DNA from: Mobula hypostoma
Taxonomy: Eukaryota
Direction: 5' to 3'
Assembly (NCBI RefSeq): GCF_963921235.1
Contig: NC_086097.1
Location: 103,108,001-103,172,000 of the forward strand
Length of the DNA stretch: 64,000 bases
Shown: positions 29,294-40,554 of the stretch, piece after piece
Position numbering within the stretch: the first letter of the stretch is position 1
How the letters are laid out: every line of letters begins with the position of its first letter
Translations under genes and position numbers: made by a program
Notes under the pieces: model-generated
Told to the model about the DNA's origin: nothing
Database searches by the model: none
What the model saw: the letters and a program-made list of their open reading frames with translations, nothing else

Positions 29294-31990
29294 CTCTCCC
29301 GCCACCAATAAAAGTCATGCCCTCATGACGTTAACAGGGTTCACCAGTGCTCCTTGTGAAACACAAAACCCAACCCAGGTGCATAAAGCAGTGACATAAC
29401 TTTCCAGGGCAGTAGAGATCACACCCTGTTCTCCCGGCACTGTATAAGTCAATCTCTCCTGGGGATGCCAACTCCTCCGAGGCCTCTGTACTTCCTCTGC
29501 TGACTCTCCCTGTTCAGACACCCCAGGTGACCCCCCAGACTTAACTGTCAGACCTTCACCCTCACCAGGACCCCTCAGCACCTGTGAGCCCTCTGGCTCG
29601 GGTTCTGCCTCCACCCTCTCCTCCCCCAATCCCGGCTGTAATACAGGCGGCTCTGCAACACCCTCCCTGGGTTCCCCTAACTCAGTGAGGGAAGGGCCAG
29701 GAGCCTCTTCTCCCGGCACCGGGGAATCAGCGAACGGAAACGGGTACCACACGTCTGAATCATCGTCTTCCGATGATGTATCCCTTTTCGGGGTGGGGAC
29801 TGGCCCCATCTCTTTCGCAGCGGGCTCTTCCCTCGCCCCGCGCCCTCGCAGAGTCCTCACACTAGGCGTAAACTCCCATTCGAGCTCTCGGTCTACCTGC
29901 ACCTCTCAACCCAGAGGCAACAGGTGGTTCTGATGGAGTACCTTGACAGACCCCTGCCCGCCCTCGGGTCTCACCTGGTAAACAGGGAGATTCAGCATCT
30001 GACTCTCCACCACATAGGGGGTGGCCGCCCAACGATCCGCCAACTTGTGCTTACCAGGTAGTCCTAAATTCTGGATAAGGACCCGGTCTCCCAGCAATAG
30101 CTGGACGAACTTTACTTTCTGATCATATCTCTTCTTATTCCGCTGATTCTGCTTGGTGGCTGCCGCCTCAGCCAACTCATATGCCCTTTTCAACTCTCTC
30201 CTCATATCAGACATATACTTCAGACATGGCTTCGAAGGTATTTCACCTACGTTTTGGGACTGAAGCAGATCAATGGGCAACCTCGCTTCCCATCCGAACA
30301 TCAGATAATAGGGCGAGTACCCGGTAGCATCATTGCGCGTGCAATTGTAACAGTGAACCAAATGGGCGATGTGCCAACTCCACTTACTCTTCTGCCCGAT
30401 CTCCAAAGTGCCGAGGATGTCCAGCAGGGTCCGGTTAAACCTCTCTGGCTGAGGATCACCCTGCGGGTGATAGGGGGTGGTCCTGGATTTCTCAACCCCA
30501 AGCATACCCAGTAATTCATGGAGAAGCCTGCTCTCGAAATCCCGTCCCTGATCACTATGGATCCGCCGGGGAAGGCCATAATGAACAAAGTACTTCTCCC
30601 ATAACACCTTCGCCACTGTAGTCGCTTTCTGGTCCTTAGTAGGAAAAGCCTGCGCATATCTAGTGTAGTGATCCGTGATGACCAAGACATTGGCGATGTT
30701 GCTGGTGTCTGGCTCAATAGACAGGAAATCCATACACACCAGGTCCAGGGGTCCCGCACTCTGCAAGTGGGAGAACGGGGCCGCCTGCGCAGGCAAGGTC
30801 TTCCTCCTGATGCAACAACTACAGGTCTTACAGTATTCTTCCACCTCCTTCCTCATCCGGGGCCAGTAAAACTGGTCCTTGACTAATCCACAGGTCTTCT
30901 CTACCTCTAAGTGCCCGGAATCATCATGTAGAGCCTGGAGCACAGTCTTCCGATACTTCTCAGGCATGACCAGCTGCCAGCGCCGGGGGTGGTCCGGGGG
31001 CGACGTGACCTGGTACAGGACGTGGTTCTTCAGCTTCAACCGGGGCCACTCCTTCAGTAGTAGGGGAACGGAGGCATGTTTCGCCTTCTCCACCTGCCCC
31101 ATATCACCCCGGCTAACTGCGTACCAGATAGTGCCAATGCTTGGGTCATCATGCTGAGCCGCCCCCACTTCCTGGGGACTCAACTCTGGCAGCTGCCTGT
31201 TCCGCAGAGCAGTCAAATTACAGTAAACAGTGGGTAGTGTATCATCATCAGCCCCCAATTGATCTACTGCCCGATCCATTCCCATCGGGGCTCCTACTTC
31301 CCCGTCGCTCCCAACTTGACACATGGCCTTTACTCCCGGGGCAGGGATACTTTTCCACTCCTCAGCTGTGCCTGACTCATCGTGCGCCCGACGAGATAGA
31401 GCATCTGCATCGATGTTCCGACTCCCTGGCCGGTACTTCAGGCTGAACTCATAGGCAGACAAGGCCGCTAACCACCAGTGCCCAGTAGGGTCCAGCTTTG
31501 CTGAGGTCAGGATATAAGTGAGGGGGTTGTTGTCAGTTTTCACCTCAAACTGGGCCCCGTATAGATAGTCACTCAACTTGTCCACCACCGCCCATTTCAA
31601 CGCCAAGAACTCCAGCTTGTGAGTGGGATAGTTTCCCTCAGATGGCGACAAACTCCGGCTGACAAATGCCACCGGCCTCAATCCGTTGCCCTGTTCCTGG
31701 TACAGGACAGCGCCCAGACCCTCGTGACTGGCATCAGTGTGTAGAACATACGGCTTCTGGGGATCAGCAAAAGCCAATACTGGGGCCTGAGTCAGCGCCC
31801 TTTTTAGAGATTGGAACGCATCCTCACATTGAGCATCCCACCTCGATCCAAAAGGCTCCCCTGGGTTCAAGTATCCTTCTACCTCCGGCCCTCGGTCTCC
31901 CTTCCTCTTCCTCCCCACAGGTGGATAACCACAGAACAGCTGGTTCAATGGGTGACTCATTTTCGCATATCCTTTCACGAATCGCCAATT
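28707..31990 (-). mobile_element. Ty3/Gypsy LTR retrotransposon, 5'-truncated (RNase H, integrase, C-terminal extension)
   Basis: 690-aa ORF: LHTDAS, YPTHKLEFLAL, TDNNPL, HDDSGH..CSCC zinc finger, MDF/SDQG/PERFN DDE; one in-frame TGA at 29906-29908 separates a 195-aa acidic tail. Confidence 0.95.
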
Positions 31991-32208
31991 ACCTGGGCTG
32001 CACTAGGAGGTTGTTGTGTCTTTAGCAGTTTTGGTGTAAAGCCCTAAGCCTTTTTATGGCATACCTTGAAAGTTATCTTTGTCATCAAAATTTTGGGCAG
32101 CTATTAAGATGTGTAACTAGATAGCATGATTTTGACTTTTATTTCATTGTTGTATCCATGAAACACCTTTTGGAGCTTTTAAATGCTCAAAAATGTGACC
32201 TATTGTAG

Positions 32209-32415
32209 AAACACACACCTGGGTGCTGGAGGAACTCAGCAGGCCAGGCAGCATCTATGGAAAAGGGTACAGTCGATGTTTTGGGCCGAGACCCTTCACC
32301 TTTCGGCCCAAAATTTGGACTCTACTGTTTCCCATAGATGCTGCCTGCTGAGTTCCTCCAGCATTTTGTGTGTGTTACTTGGACTTCCAGCATCTGCAGA
32401 AATTCTGTTGTTTGT
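32209..32415. mobile_element. Palindromic head-to-head Penelope terminal repeat
   Basis: tgctggaggaactcagcagg..gcagcatctatgg..ttttgggccga [13-nt loop] tcggcccaaaa..ccatagatgctgc..cctgctgagttcctccagca. Confidence 0.85.
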
Positions 32416-33759
32416 GATTGAATTATCTATTTAGAGCTTACAACTGATAAGTAATAAGGACAAAAGATAACAAGCGAAAGGTTAAACAGCATAGGTTGGT
32501 AATAGAAAGATAGGAAAATTAGCATTTAGAACCGGGGTTACAGAGCCAGAGACAATAAAAAGTTTTTAAACATTAAAGAGTTTTTTTACTTTTCTATTAC
32601 AGAGAGAAAGCAACAGAGAAACAGAAACTGATACAGAGTATATGGTATCTACACAGACCTCACTGTGGACTAGGGGCTAGTTGAGCTTGCTTTAATACTC
32701 AGTTAGAAAAGCTGACATGTAATTTAAGAAAAAGGATCACATTGGAGCCCTGTTGAATTATGTTCTGGTGGGAATACCTAATTTGATATGAGATGTTACA
32801 GAACAGCTGGTGTAACATGCACACAAAGTACACAAATAAAATATTTGCCATTAACAAATTTAATAAGGTTTATCTTATTTCATTTGCCAAGTAGAACAAA
32901 AAATATACTGCATTACACAGAATATGACCATTTAATACTCTGAGACAAATTGTTACCTATCCACCAATGTAAGAAACAATCATTTCAAAAGATCTTATTT
33001 AAAAAAATATTCTATACTGGCATTCTAAGTTGAACTATTGTATCTCCTGTATTTCCATATCCTTTTGAAGATATATTGCAGCTCATTCCTGTCTTTGAAT
33101 GTTCTAAACAATTCCTCTGCATACCTTCATTAATAAATACCATGAAAAGCAATAAGCACCAAGTTAAAGCAACCAGCTAAAAACCAGCAAATGTACTACT
33201 TTTAAACTAATTGCTAATCATAGGGGAGATTTCGTTTTTTTGCAGGATGAATTGTTGCACATTGGGAAGTTAAGGGGGATGGGGAGTGGAGTTAACTGTT
33301 GTCAAGGTACTGCCACAGATCACGAAGATGATACAGAGCATTTAAAATGCTTCATGGGGAAAATGTACACAGTAAAGATGAGAAGATTAAGAGTGGCCAA
33401 CAACTTGGTCCAAAACCTTAAGTTCTGAGTTGGTGGCAAGGTGGATATGAATGAAGGGAATTCTTGTTTGTTGAACCTTTGTCTGGTAGCTCAGTCACCA
33501 ATGATTCTGTGATAAATTTGAACACCAAGTGCTTCCCATGAAATGTAGGGGATACCAAAATGAAGGTCAACAAAGAAAATGGTGAAGATACAAAATTTTA
33601 AATCTGAGGTGACTGAGTTAGAGAACCCTCATAACTTGTTGAGGATGGGTGATAGAGTGGTAGGATTTGGAAATGTAGGAAGACAGATTTGAATAAGATG
33701 CCAAGTTAAGGATGCAAATCCAGTCTGAAGAGTATTACAATAATTTGATTTTAATTTTA

Positions 33760-34463
33760 TTTCAGAGGATTCAAAGTACATTTATTATCAAGGTATATAC
33801 GTAGTATACAACCCTGAGATTCCTCTTCTCTGCAGATAGCCACGAAACAAAGAAAACAACATATCTCGTTCAGAGAAAACATTAACCTTCCCCCCCCCCA
33901 CACACACGCAAAAAAAACAAATTGTGGAAATGGCAACAAGAACATCAACCCCACCCACCCACGTGCAAGAAAAAAACAAATAGTGCAAACAGCAAAAAGA
34001 ACATCACAACCCCCCACGCAAAAGGCAACAAGAAAGAATGAGCCAAAACACAATATTAAAAAACTACTAAGTCCATTTTTCAATGAATGAGTGAGAGTGA
34101 GTGTGGCTTTCTCTAGCAGCAGTGATGGTGATGAACACTCGCTCGCCTTCTGCATTCGCCTTGATGTTTCAATCTTCCTCAATGCTTCAATCAGTAAGAT
34201 CGGTAAGAGGTGGGTCGATCCTGGGCTTGCACCCTGTCTCTCAGCTTTTTGACCTGAAGGCTATTAACCTCCCAGAACCTTCTTGGAGACAGCAAAGCAC
34301 CAGATAGCTCAGTGGGCCCAAAAACATGCCATCAAACTGTAGATCACAGGATCACTGGCTTTAGAACCATATTTTAAAAAAATGTGAAAGTAACTGTTTC
34401 GTGGACCACCTGCAGGGTGTCGCCTGTGGTAGCATTGTTCGCTGGCACCATCTTCTTCCGGAA
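33760..34463 (-). mobile_element. Non-coding retroelement with a Rex1-type 3' tail
   Basis: Tail gaatctcagggttgtata..tgataataaatgtactttgaa on -; similar copies at about 39400-39780 and 40385-40540. Confidence 0.6.
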
Positions 34464-34644
34464 TTGAAAAAGTATACATTGTATAATGGTTTAACAATTT
34501 ATCACAAATCAGAATGTACTATTTAGATTGCCTATTTTGAATGTGCATGATGTCACAAGGTCATATGGTCAAGTGGCATCTCAGGCTCCAATCAATAGTG
34601 AAATATTTTGTCCTGTTCACCACTGCTGATCAAAGAGAAGACTT

Positions 34645-36358
34645 TAAAGTAAGTGTACCTCACCAGTGAGCGGAATGGCAAAAGTGCCTGATGCATAGAG
34701 TGGACTTAGCGGCCGGTGCCACGGCCTACTGCGGCTACTCGGGGAAGTGGGCATTGGAAAAGGATACAGAACCACTGGTACTTTAGTGACTGTTGAAGCA
34801 CGTCCCTGCAGGCCTGCGCTCCTGAAGATTCTACTTACTAACATCTGATAGTGAGAAAATAAGATGGATTATTGTGTCTGCATCTGAACCAACAGGAGAT
34901 GAGGGACTGTTGCACACTCGTCCTGACGGAAACGTGGCTCCAGGACAGCACTCCATACTTGGCCATCAAGCTATGAGGCCTAATCTGCTTTCAGGTGGAC
35001 AGAAATGATGTGAATTCTGGTAAGACCAGCGGAGGCGGTCTGTGTGCCTATGTCAGTAAGAACTTGTGCGTGAATGCCTCGGTGCCAGTGCTGCGGAAGC
35101 TCTGTGGTGCCATCTGTGACCTCGAAGCCTCTCACTCCAATGGTTTCTTCAATTGTATCAACTTAAAAACAGTCCTGCCAAAGGTCTACCAGCATGTCAA
35201 CTTTGCAACCATAGGAGAGAACCTCCTAGACCTGGTCTATACTAACATTCGTGGAGCCTACAAGGCCGCCTCTGCCGTCACCTTGGGTACTCAGACCATG
35301 CATCCATTTTGCTAATCCCTGCATACAGACCACTGGTTAAACAAGTCAAACCAGTTTACAGGGAGATCAGGACCTGGCCAGAAGTTGCCACCTACTGTGT
35401 GAACAGCTACAGGACTGGACTGGAGCATATTCAGGAAGGCAGCTGCCTACGATCATCATGTCAACATTGATAAATAGGCGGGATTGGGACTGGCCACATA
35501 GGAAATGCACTGAAGAAAAAGGATCATAGAGTTGTATGTGGTGACATGTATGTACTCCGATAATAACTTTTACTTTGAACTTTGAACCATGATTAAGCAC
35601 TACACTGCCAGGGCAAATGAGAAACCATGGCTTAATGCAGAGGTTCGTGCACTGCTCAGGGATCGGGTTAATACTTTCAGATTAGGGATAGGACGTCTCT
35701 AACGTCAGTAAGAGCCGTGCTCTCATGCTATCAGGAAGGCAAAGTGAGAGTACGCACAAAAAAACTCACTGACACCATCTGCAAGACACATACAGAAAGA
35801 TATACAAACCACCTAGTGCATCAATGACAGTGACAGTGACACCTCCCTTCCTGATCATATAAAATCCCTCCTTCCAGCTACATTGGACCCTTTCCAGTTC
35901 ACCTACCGCCCATGATCTCTTTGACTTCCTGCCACCAGGAAAGAGGTACAGGATCAGGTTGAGAACTGCCAAACTAGTCCGAACTGGGTAACAGCTGCTT
36001 CCCTCAGGCTGTGAGACTTCCCTCACAATGTTTTCTCTCTGTGGTTGAAGAAGGTTGTGGTGAAAAAGGCAAATGCAATGTTAGCATTCATTTGGAGAGG
36101 AACAGCTTCTTCCCTCTGGCTGTGAAACCTGCCACCACCGAAGGTCTCACCGGTAGGACATCGCGCTGTTTACTGTTTACCTGTGCTACGCGCCACATGC
36201 ACTTTGAATTCGATTTTATTAATTTATTTGTGGCAGTATTTTGTGCTGTGTATGATGTGTGTTTTGTGGTTGCACTGTGGTCTGGAGGAATGTTGTTTCA
36301 TTTGGTTGTATATACTGTATATACAGACAGATGACAATGAACTTGATTTCATTTGATT
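34645..36358 (+). mobile_element. Rex1/Babar LINE, decayed and internally deleted
   Basis: [52 protein letters not shown] motifs; 3' tail near 36330-36358. Confidence 0.8.
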
Positions 36359-36461
36359 TAGCATATTACATTTTTGATAGTCTAACTCTGTATCAGTGTC
36401 ATACGTGTAATGACAGCTTAACTCTGTATTTCCAAAGAATTAGGTTAATTATGTTGTAAAA

Positions 36462-37145
36462 TGAAGATGGGTAGAGGGACAGGTAGTTTTGAGGGAATGA
36501 AGCAGCACTAGAAGGACTTAGACAGATGAGGAGAATGGGCAACAAAATGGCAGATGGAATACAGGGTTGGGAAGTGTATGGTCATGCACTTTGATAGAAG
36601 AAATAAAAGGGTTGACTATTTTCTAAATGGAGAGAAAATATTAAAAACTGAGGTGCAAAGGAACTTGGGAGAACCTCCCTAAAGGTTAATTTGGAGGTTG
36701 TGTGTGTGGTGAGGAAAGCAAATGCAATGTTAGTATTCATTTCATGAGGACTAGAATATAAATGTAAGGATGTTATGTTGAAAATTTATGAAGCACTGGT
36801 AAGACTTCACTTGGAATATTGTGAGCAGTTTTGGGCCCCTTATCTTAGAAAGGATGTGCTGAAACTAGAGAGGGTTCAAAGGAGGTTCACAAAAAATGAT
36901 TCCAAGATTGAATGGGTTGTTATATGAAGAGTATTTGATGGCTTTGGGCCTGTATTCACTGGAATTCAGAAGAATGAGGGGTGACCTCTTTGAAACCTAT
37001 TCAATAGTGAAGGGCCTTGATAGGGTGGATGTGGAGAGGATGTTTCCTATGGTGGGAGAGTCTAAGACCAGAGGACACAGCCTCAGAATAGAGGGGTGTC
37101 CTTTTAAAGCAGAGATGAGGAATTTCTTTAGCCAAAGAGTAGTGC
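36462..37145 (+). mobile_element. CR1 LINE fragment
   Basis: [26 protein letters not shown] motifs. Confidence 0.88.
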
Positions 37146-38151
37146 ATAATCTGCTCAGCTTCTTCTCATAACCTTTTCTATATTGTTCCCCAGTAACTCT
37201 CCTAAAACTGGGGAAGTGTTAGCAAATAACCCTTGACTCATAACCGGTGGAACTATTTAAACCCATCTAATGGAAAATGGTTTTAAATACAAGTAACTTT
37301 GTTTACTTCAGAACAAAGTCTTAACAATTTTAGTCCTTTGAATAACAAATTTGCCTGCCAGGGTATCACTTTCTCTTCCAGGTCATGTGTAACCAATCTC
37401 TCAGATCTCCTCTAATGGTCCAAAAATCTGCATCCCTGCCCCACACCAGTTTTTCAGCCATGCGTTCATTTGCCATGGCCTCCTCTTCTTACCCTTGTTA
37501 GTACATGGCACTGGAAGTAATCTGGGGATTACTACCTTTTAGGTCCTGCTTTTTAATTTCTTCCCATTTCTGATATTTACTCTGCAAATCTCATCCCTTT
37601 TCTCTACCTGTGTCATTTATGCCAGCATGCACAACAATTTGCTACTCCCCTCACCCTTAAGAAATATGGTTAACTGGCAAGACCCTTAATCTCTTGGTGT
37701 GTGTGACATGCATAGTTGTCAAATAATAAGGAAATGTTAACTGACCAATATTAATCACCACACATGATTGAAAGAATGTAGCATTAGGCAGGATGTATTT
37801 TTGGAAAGCAAACTGCTTAATATAAGAACTTGACATGTACTGTAGGTGCTATAGGATCTCCCTATGTAAATAGCAGAATCATTCATTAATTGCAAACATT
37901 TATTATGCAAATAACAAGACCAATATTTGAAGGGGTCAAGAATTTTATGACATAAAGGATTTTGTCTTATCCTGCTTTTGAAAGATCATGGTAGTAAATT
38001 AGTCCCATTCTCTTGCTCATCCTACTTGCCTTTAATTTTTTTTCAACTTTAACTGTTTGGCTTTTGTAGATAACAATGGAAGCTGCTCCCAGCTTTTGTA
38101 TAAGCAATGCTTTCCAGGTTACAAAAGTATCTAACCCATTTCTCTTTAATC

Positions 38152-38230
38152 CGGGGGTTCCCAACTTTTTGATGCCATGGACCCCTACCATTAACTGAGG
38201 GGTCTATGAACCCCAGGTTGGGAACCCCTG
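38152..38230. mobile_element. 79-bp hAT-type MITE
   Basis: TIR C(G/A)GGGGTTCCCAAC ... GTTGGGAACCCCTG; 8-bp TSD CTTTAATC / CTTTAATT. Confidence 0.85.
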
Positions 38231-38297
38231 CTTTAATTGATAAAACTGCTATCAAAAGAAATACTTTTTAATAAGTTACAGAAATTTCTATCTTTAA

Positions 38298-38591
<294 letters not shown>

Positions 38592-39139
38592 TAGATTTGG
38601 TGGATGAAAGAAGGGCAGCAGACTTTCAACGATGAAGCAAAGCCATCATGTCATGTTCAAATTGGCTTTCTGCTTACCATCTCTAACAATATCCTTACCT
38701 TATTGAGTTGTTGTTAGGACTCTCTCCTTTTATCCATGAGTCTACTCCATTTGTAGCAATTCTGACATCGTAGATATTTCATGTTAATGTAAGTTGGCTC
38801 TTCCAAGGCAAGCATGAAAAAGATCTTCAATATAGATTCTACAAAATAGTGAATAAGAAATTACTGACATTCATAATTTTGGACCTACTTGATTTGGAAC
38901 TTCACACTTTGGTTGCCTCAGGTATGCAAGCTAATGTTTTTATATGAAAAAGGCTCACATCTCTCATGAGGGAAGGGGTTCCAGGAAGATAAATGGGAGA
39001 ATGAAACAGACAGGAATGCTTTGTATAGACTTAATGGGCTAAATGGCCATCTGCTCTGAGAACATTCAAGAAATATTAAATGAGTTTACAGGGATTAATA
39101 TGCTGAAACTGGGAAGAAAAAGAAAATCAGTGATTTGAC

Positions 39140-39400
39140 ATTACAGGGATGTTCCCAGGACTTGAGGAAATAGATTAGGACTTTATATCTTAGAGTGCAG
39201 GAAAATGAGGAGAGATTCAGTAGAGGTATATAAATTTGAGGGGTATAGATAGGGTAAATGCAAGCAGGCTTTTTCCACTGAGGTTGGGTGAGACTCAAAC
39301 TAGAGGTCAAGGGCTAAGGATGAAAGGTGAAAAGTTTAAAGGGAACATGAGGGGGAGCTTCACTCAGAAGGTAGTGAGAGTATGGACGAAACTGCCAGTA
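39140..39400 (+). mobile_element. CR1 3' fragment
   Basis: GIDRVNASRLFPLRLGETQTRG motif. Confidence 0.7.
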
Positions 39401-39832
39401 TAAGTTCAAAGGTTCATTTAGTATCTAAGTGTACAATTCTGAAATTTCTTCTTCAGGTAGCCATGATACCAAGAAAGAAATGAACAGCAGCACAATCATG
39501 ACCCCCAAATCCATCTCCCAGCACAAAAAAAGAGCAAAAATAGAACAGGCACATCGACCCCCAAATCCCCCCCCACACAAAAAAATGAGAAACATAGGGT
39601 GAAAAACAGAATACAACAAAACCATAAGACTGGGGGTGGGGGGGGGTCCGCAGTCCAAGTCCACATCCAAACGCAGAAAACCTGGGCAAATTTTTCCCTC
39701 TTCATAGCAGAGCAATCTCACCAGCGTTTTTTTTTAAAAAGCAGACAGCTGGCACTTCAATCTCCCTTGTCACTTTAATCGGTGAACAAGTTCAAAGTTA
39801 ATTTATTATTAAATACATATTTGTCACATATA

Positions 39833-40380
39833 TAGTGGATTCCACTTAATTTGTCCATTGGTTAATCGGGGCAGCTGCTTATTTGGGACAACTCTTAAAG
39901 AACAAAACCTAATTGAGAAAATAGCTGAGATTCCTTTTGCTTATTTGGGACACTATGCAGCATAATTGGAATAGGACACTGTTGCCGAACAGGTTCTAAA
40001 TAGCATCAATTGCATGCACTTGCGTGGCATTTGCAAGCAAACTGTTTTTAAATAGTGTCAGTTGCTTGTGTTTGTGTTTAAGAAGCAGTGATTTTTGTCA
40101 CTGATAGTTGGTGAGAAATAAGTAGTAAGACAATTTGGAACTGTTTTGCTCATTGCGGCTTCAAGCATTCAGGCTTAAAAATCCCAGAAATGGCTGGGAT
40201 TGAAAATGAAATGTCTTCACTACTTCAACAACTTAGGAACTATGAAGAATTTGAAGGCATTGACAATCATCTTTAAGATTTGGAGGATGCTATTGTCAAC
40301 GGCATTCTGTGAAGTCAGTCCATTTTCTGCACTAGGTGTCTGCTGATTTTGTTCATTTACCAGCAAAAGAACACGACACA
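39833..40380. mobile_element. Probable Tigger/pogo-like non-autonomous fragment
   Basis: Starts tagtggattccacttaat with repeated ttatttgggaca motifs; second end not found. Confidence 0.4.
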
Positions 40381-40554
40381 AGAGTGTTCAAAGTAAATTT
40401 ATTATCAAAGTACATATATATATATATATATATATATACAACCCTGCGATTCATTTTCTGGTAGGCATCCTCAATATATCCAATAACTATAATAAAATCA
40501 ATGTAAGACTGCATCAACAAGGCGGGTAACCAGTGTGCAAAAGACTACAAACTG

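Noticed and set aside
31985..32050. Possible minus-strand exon ending CAG|GTAATT at the Gypsy break point
   Set aside because: No recognisable protein similarity or clear acceptor; could be chance
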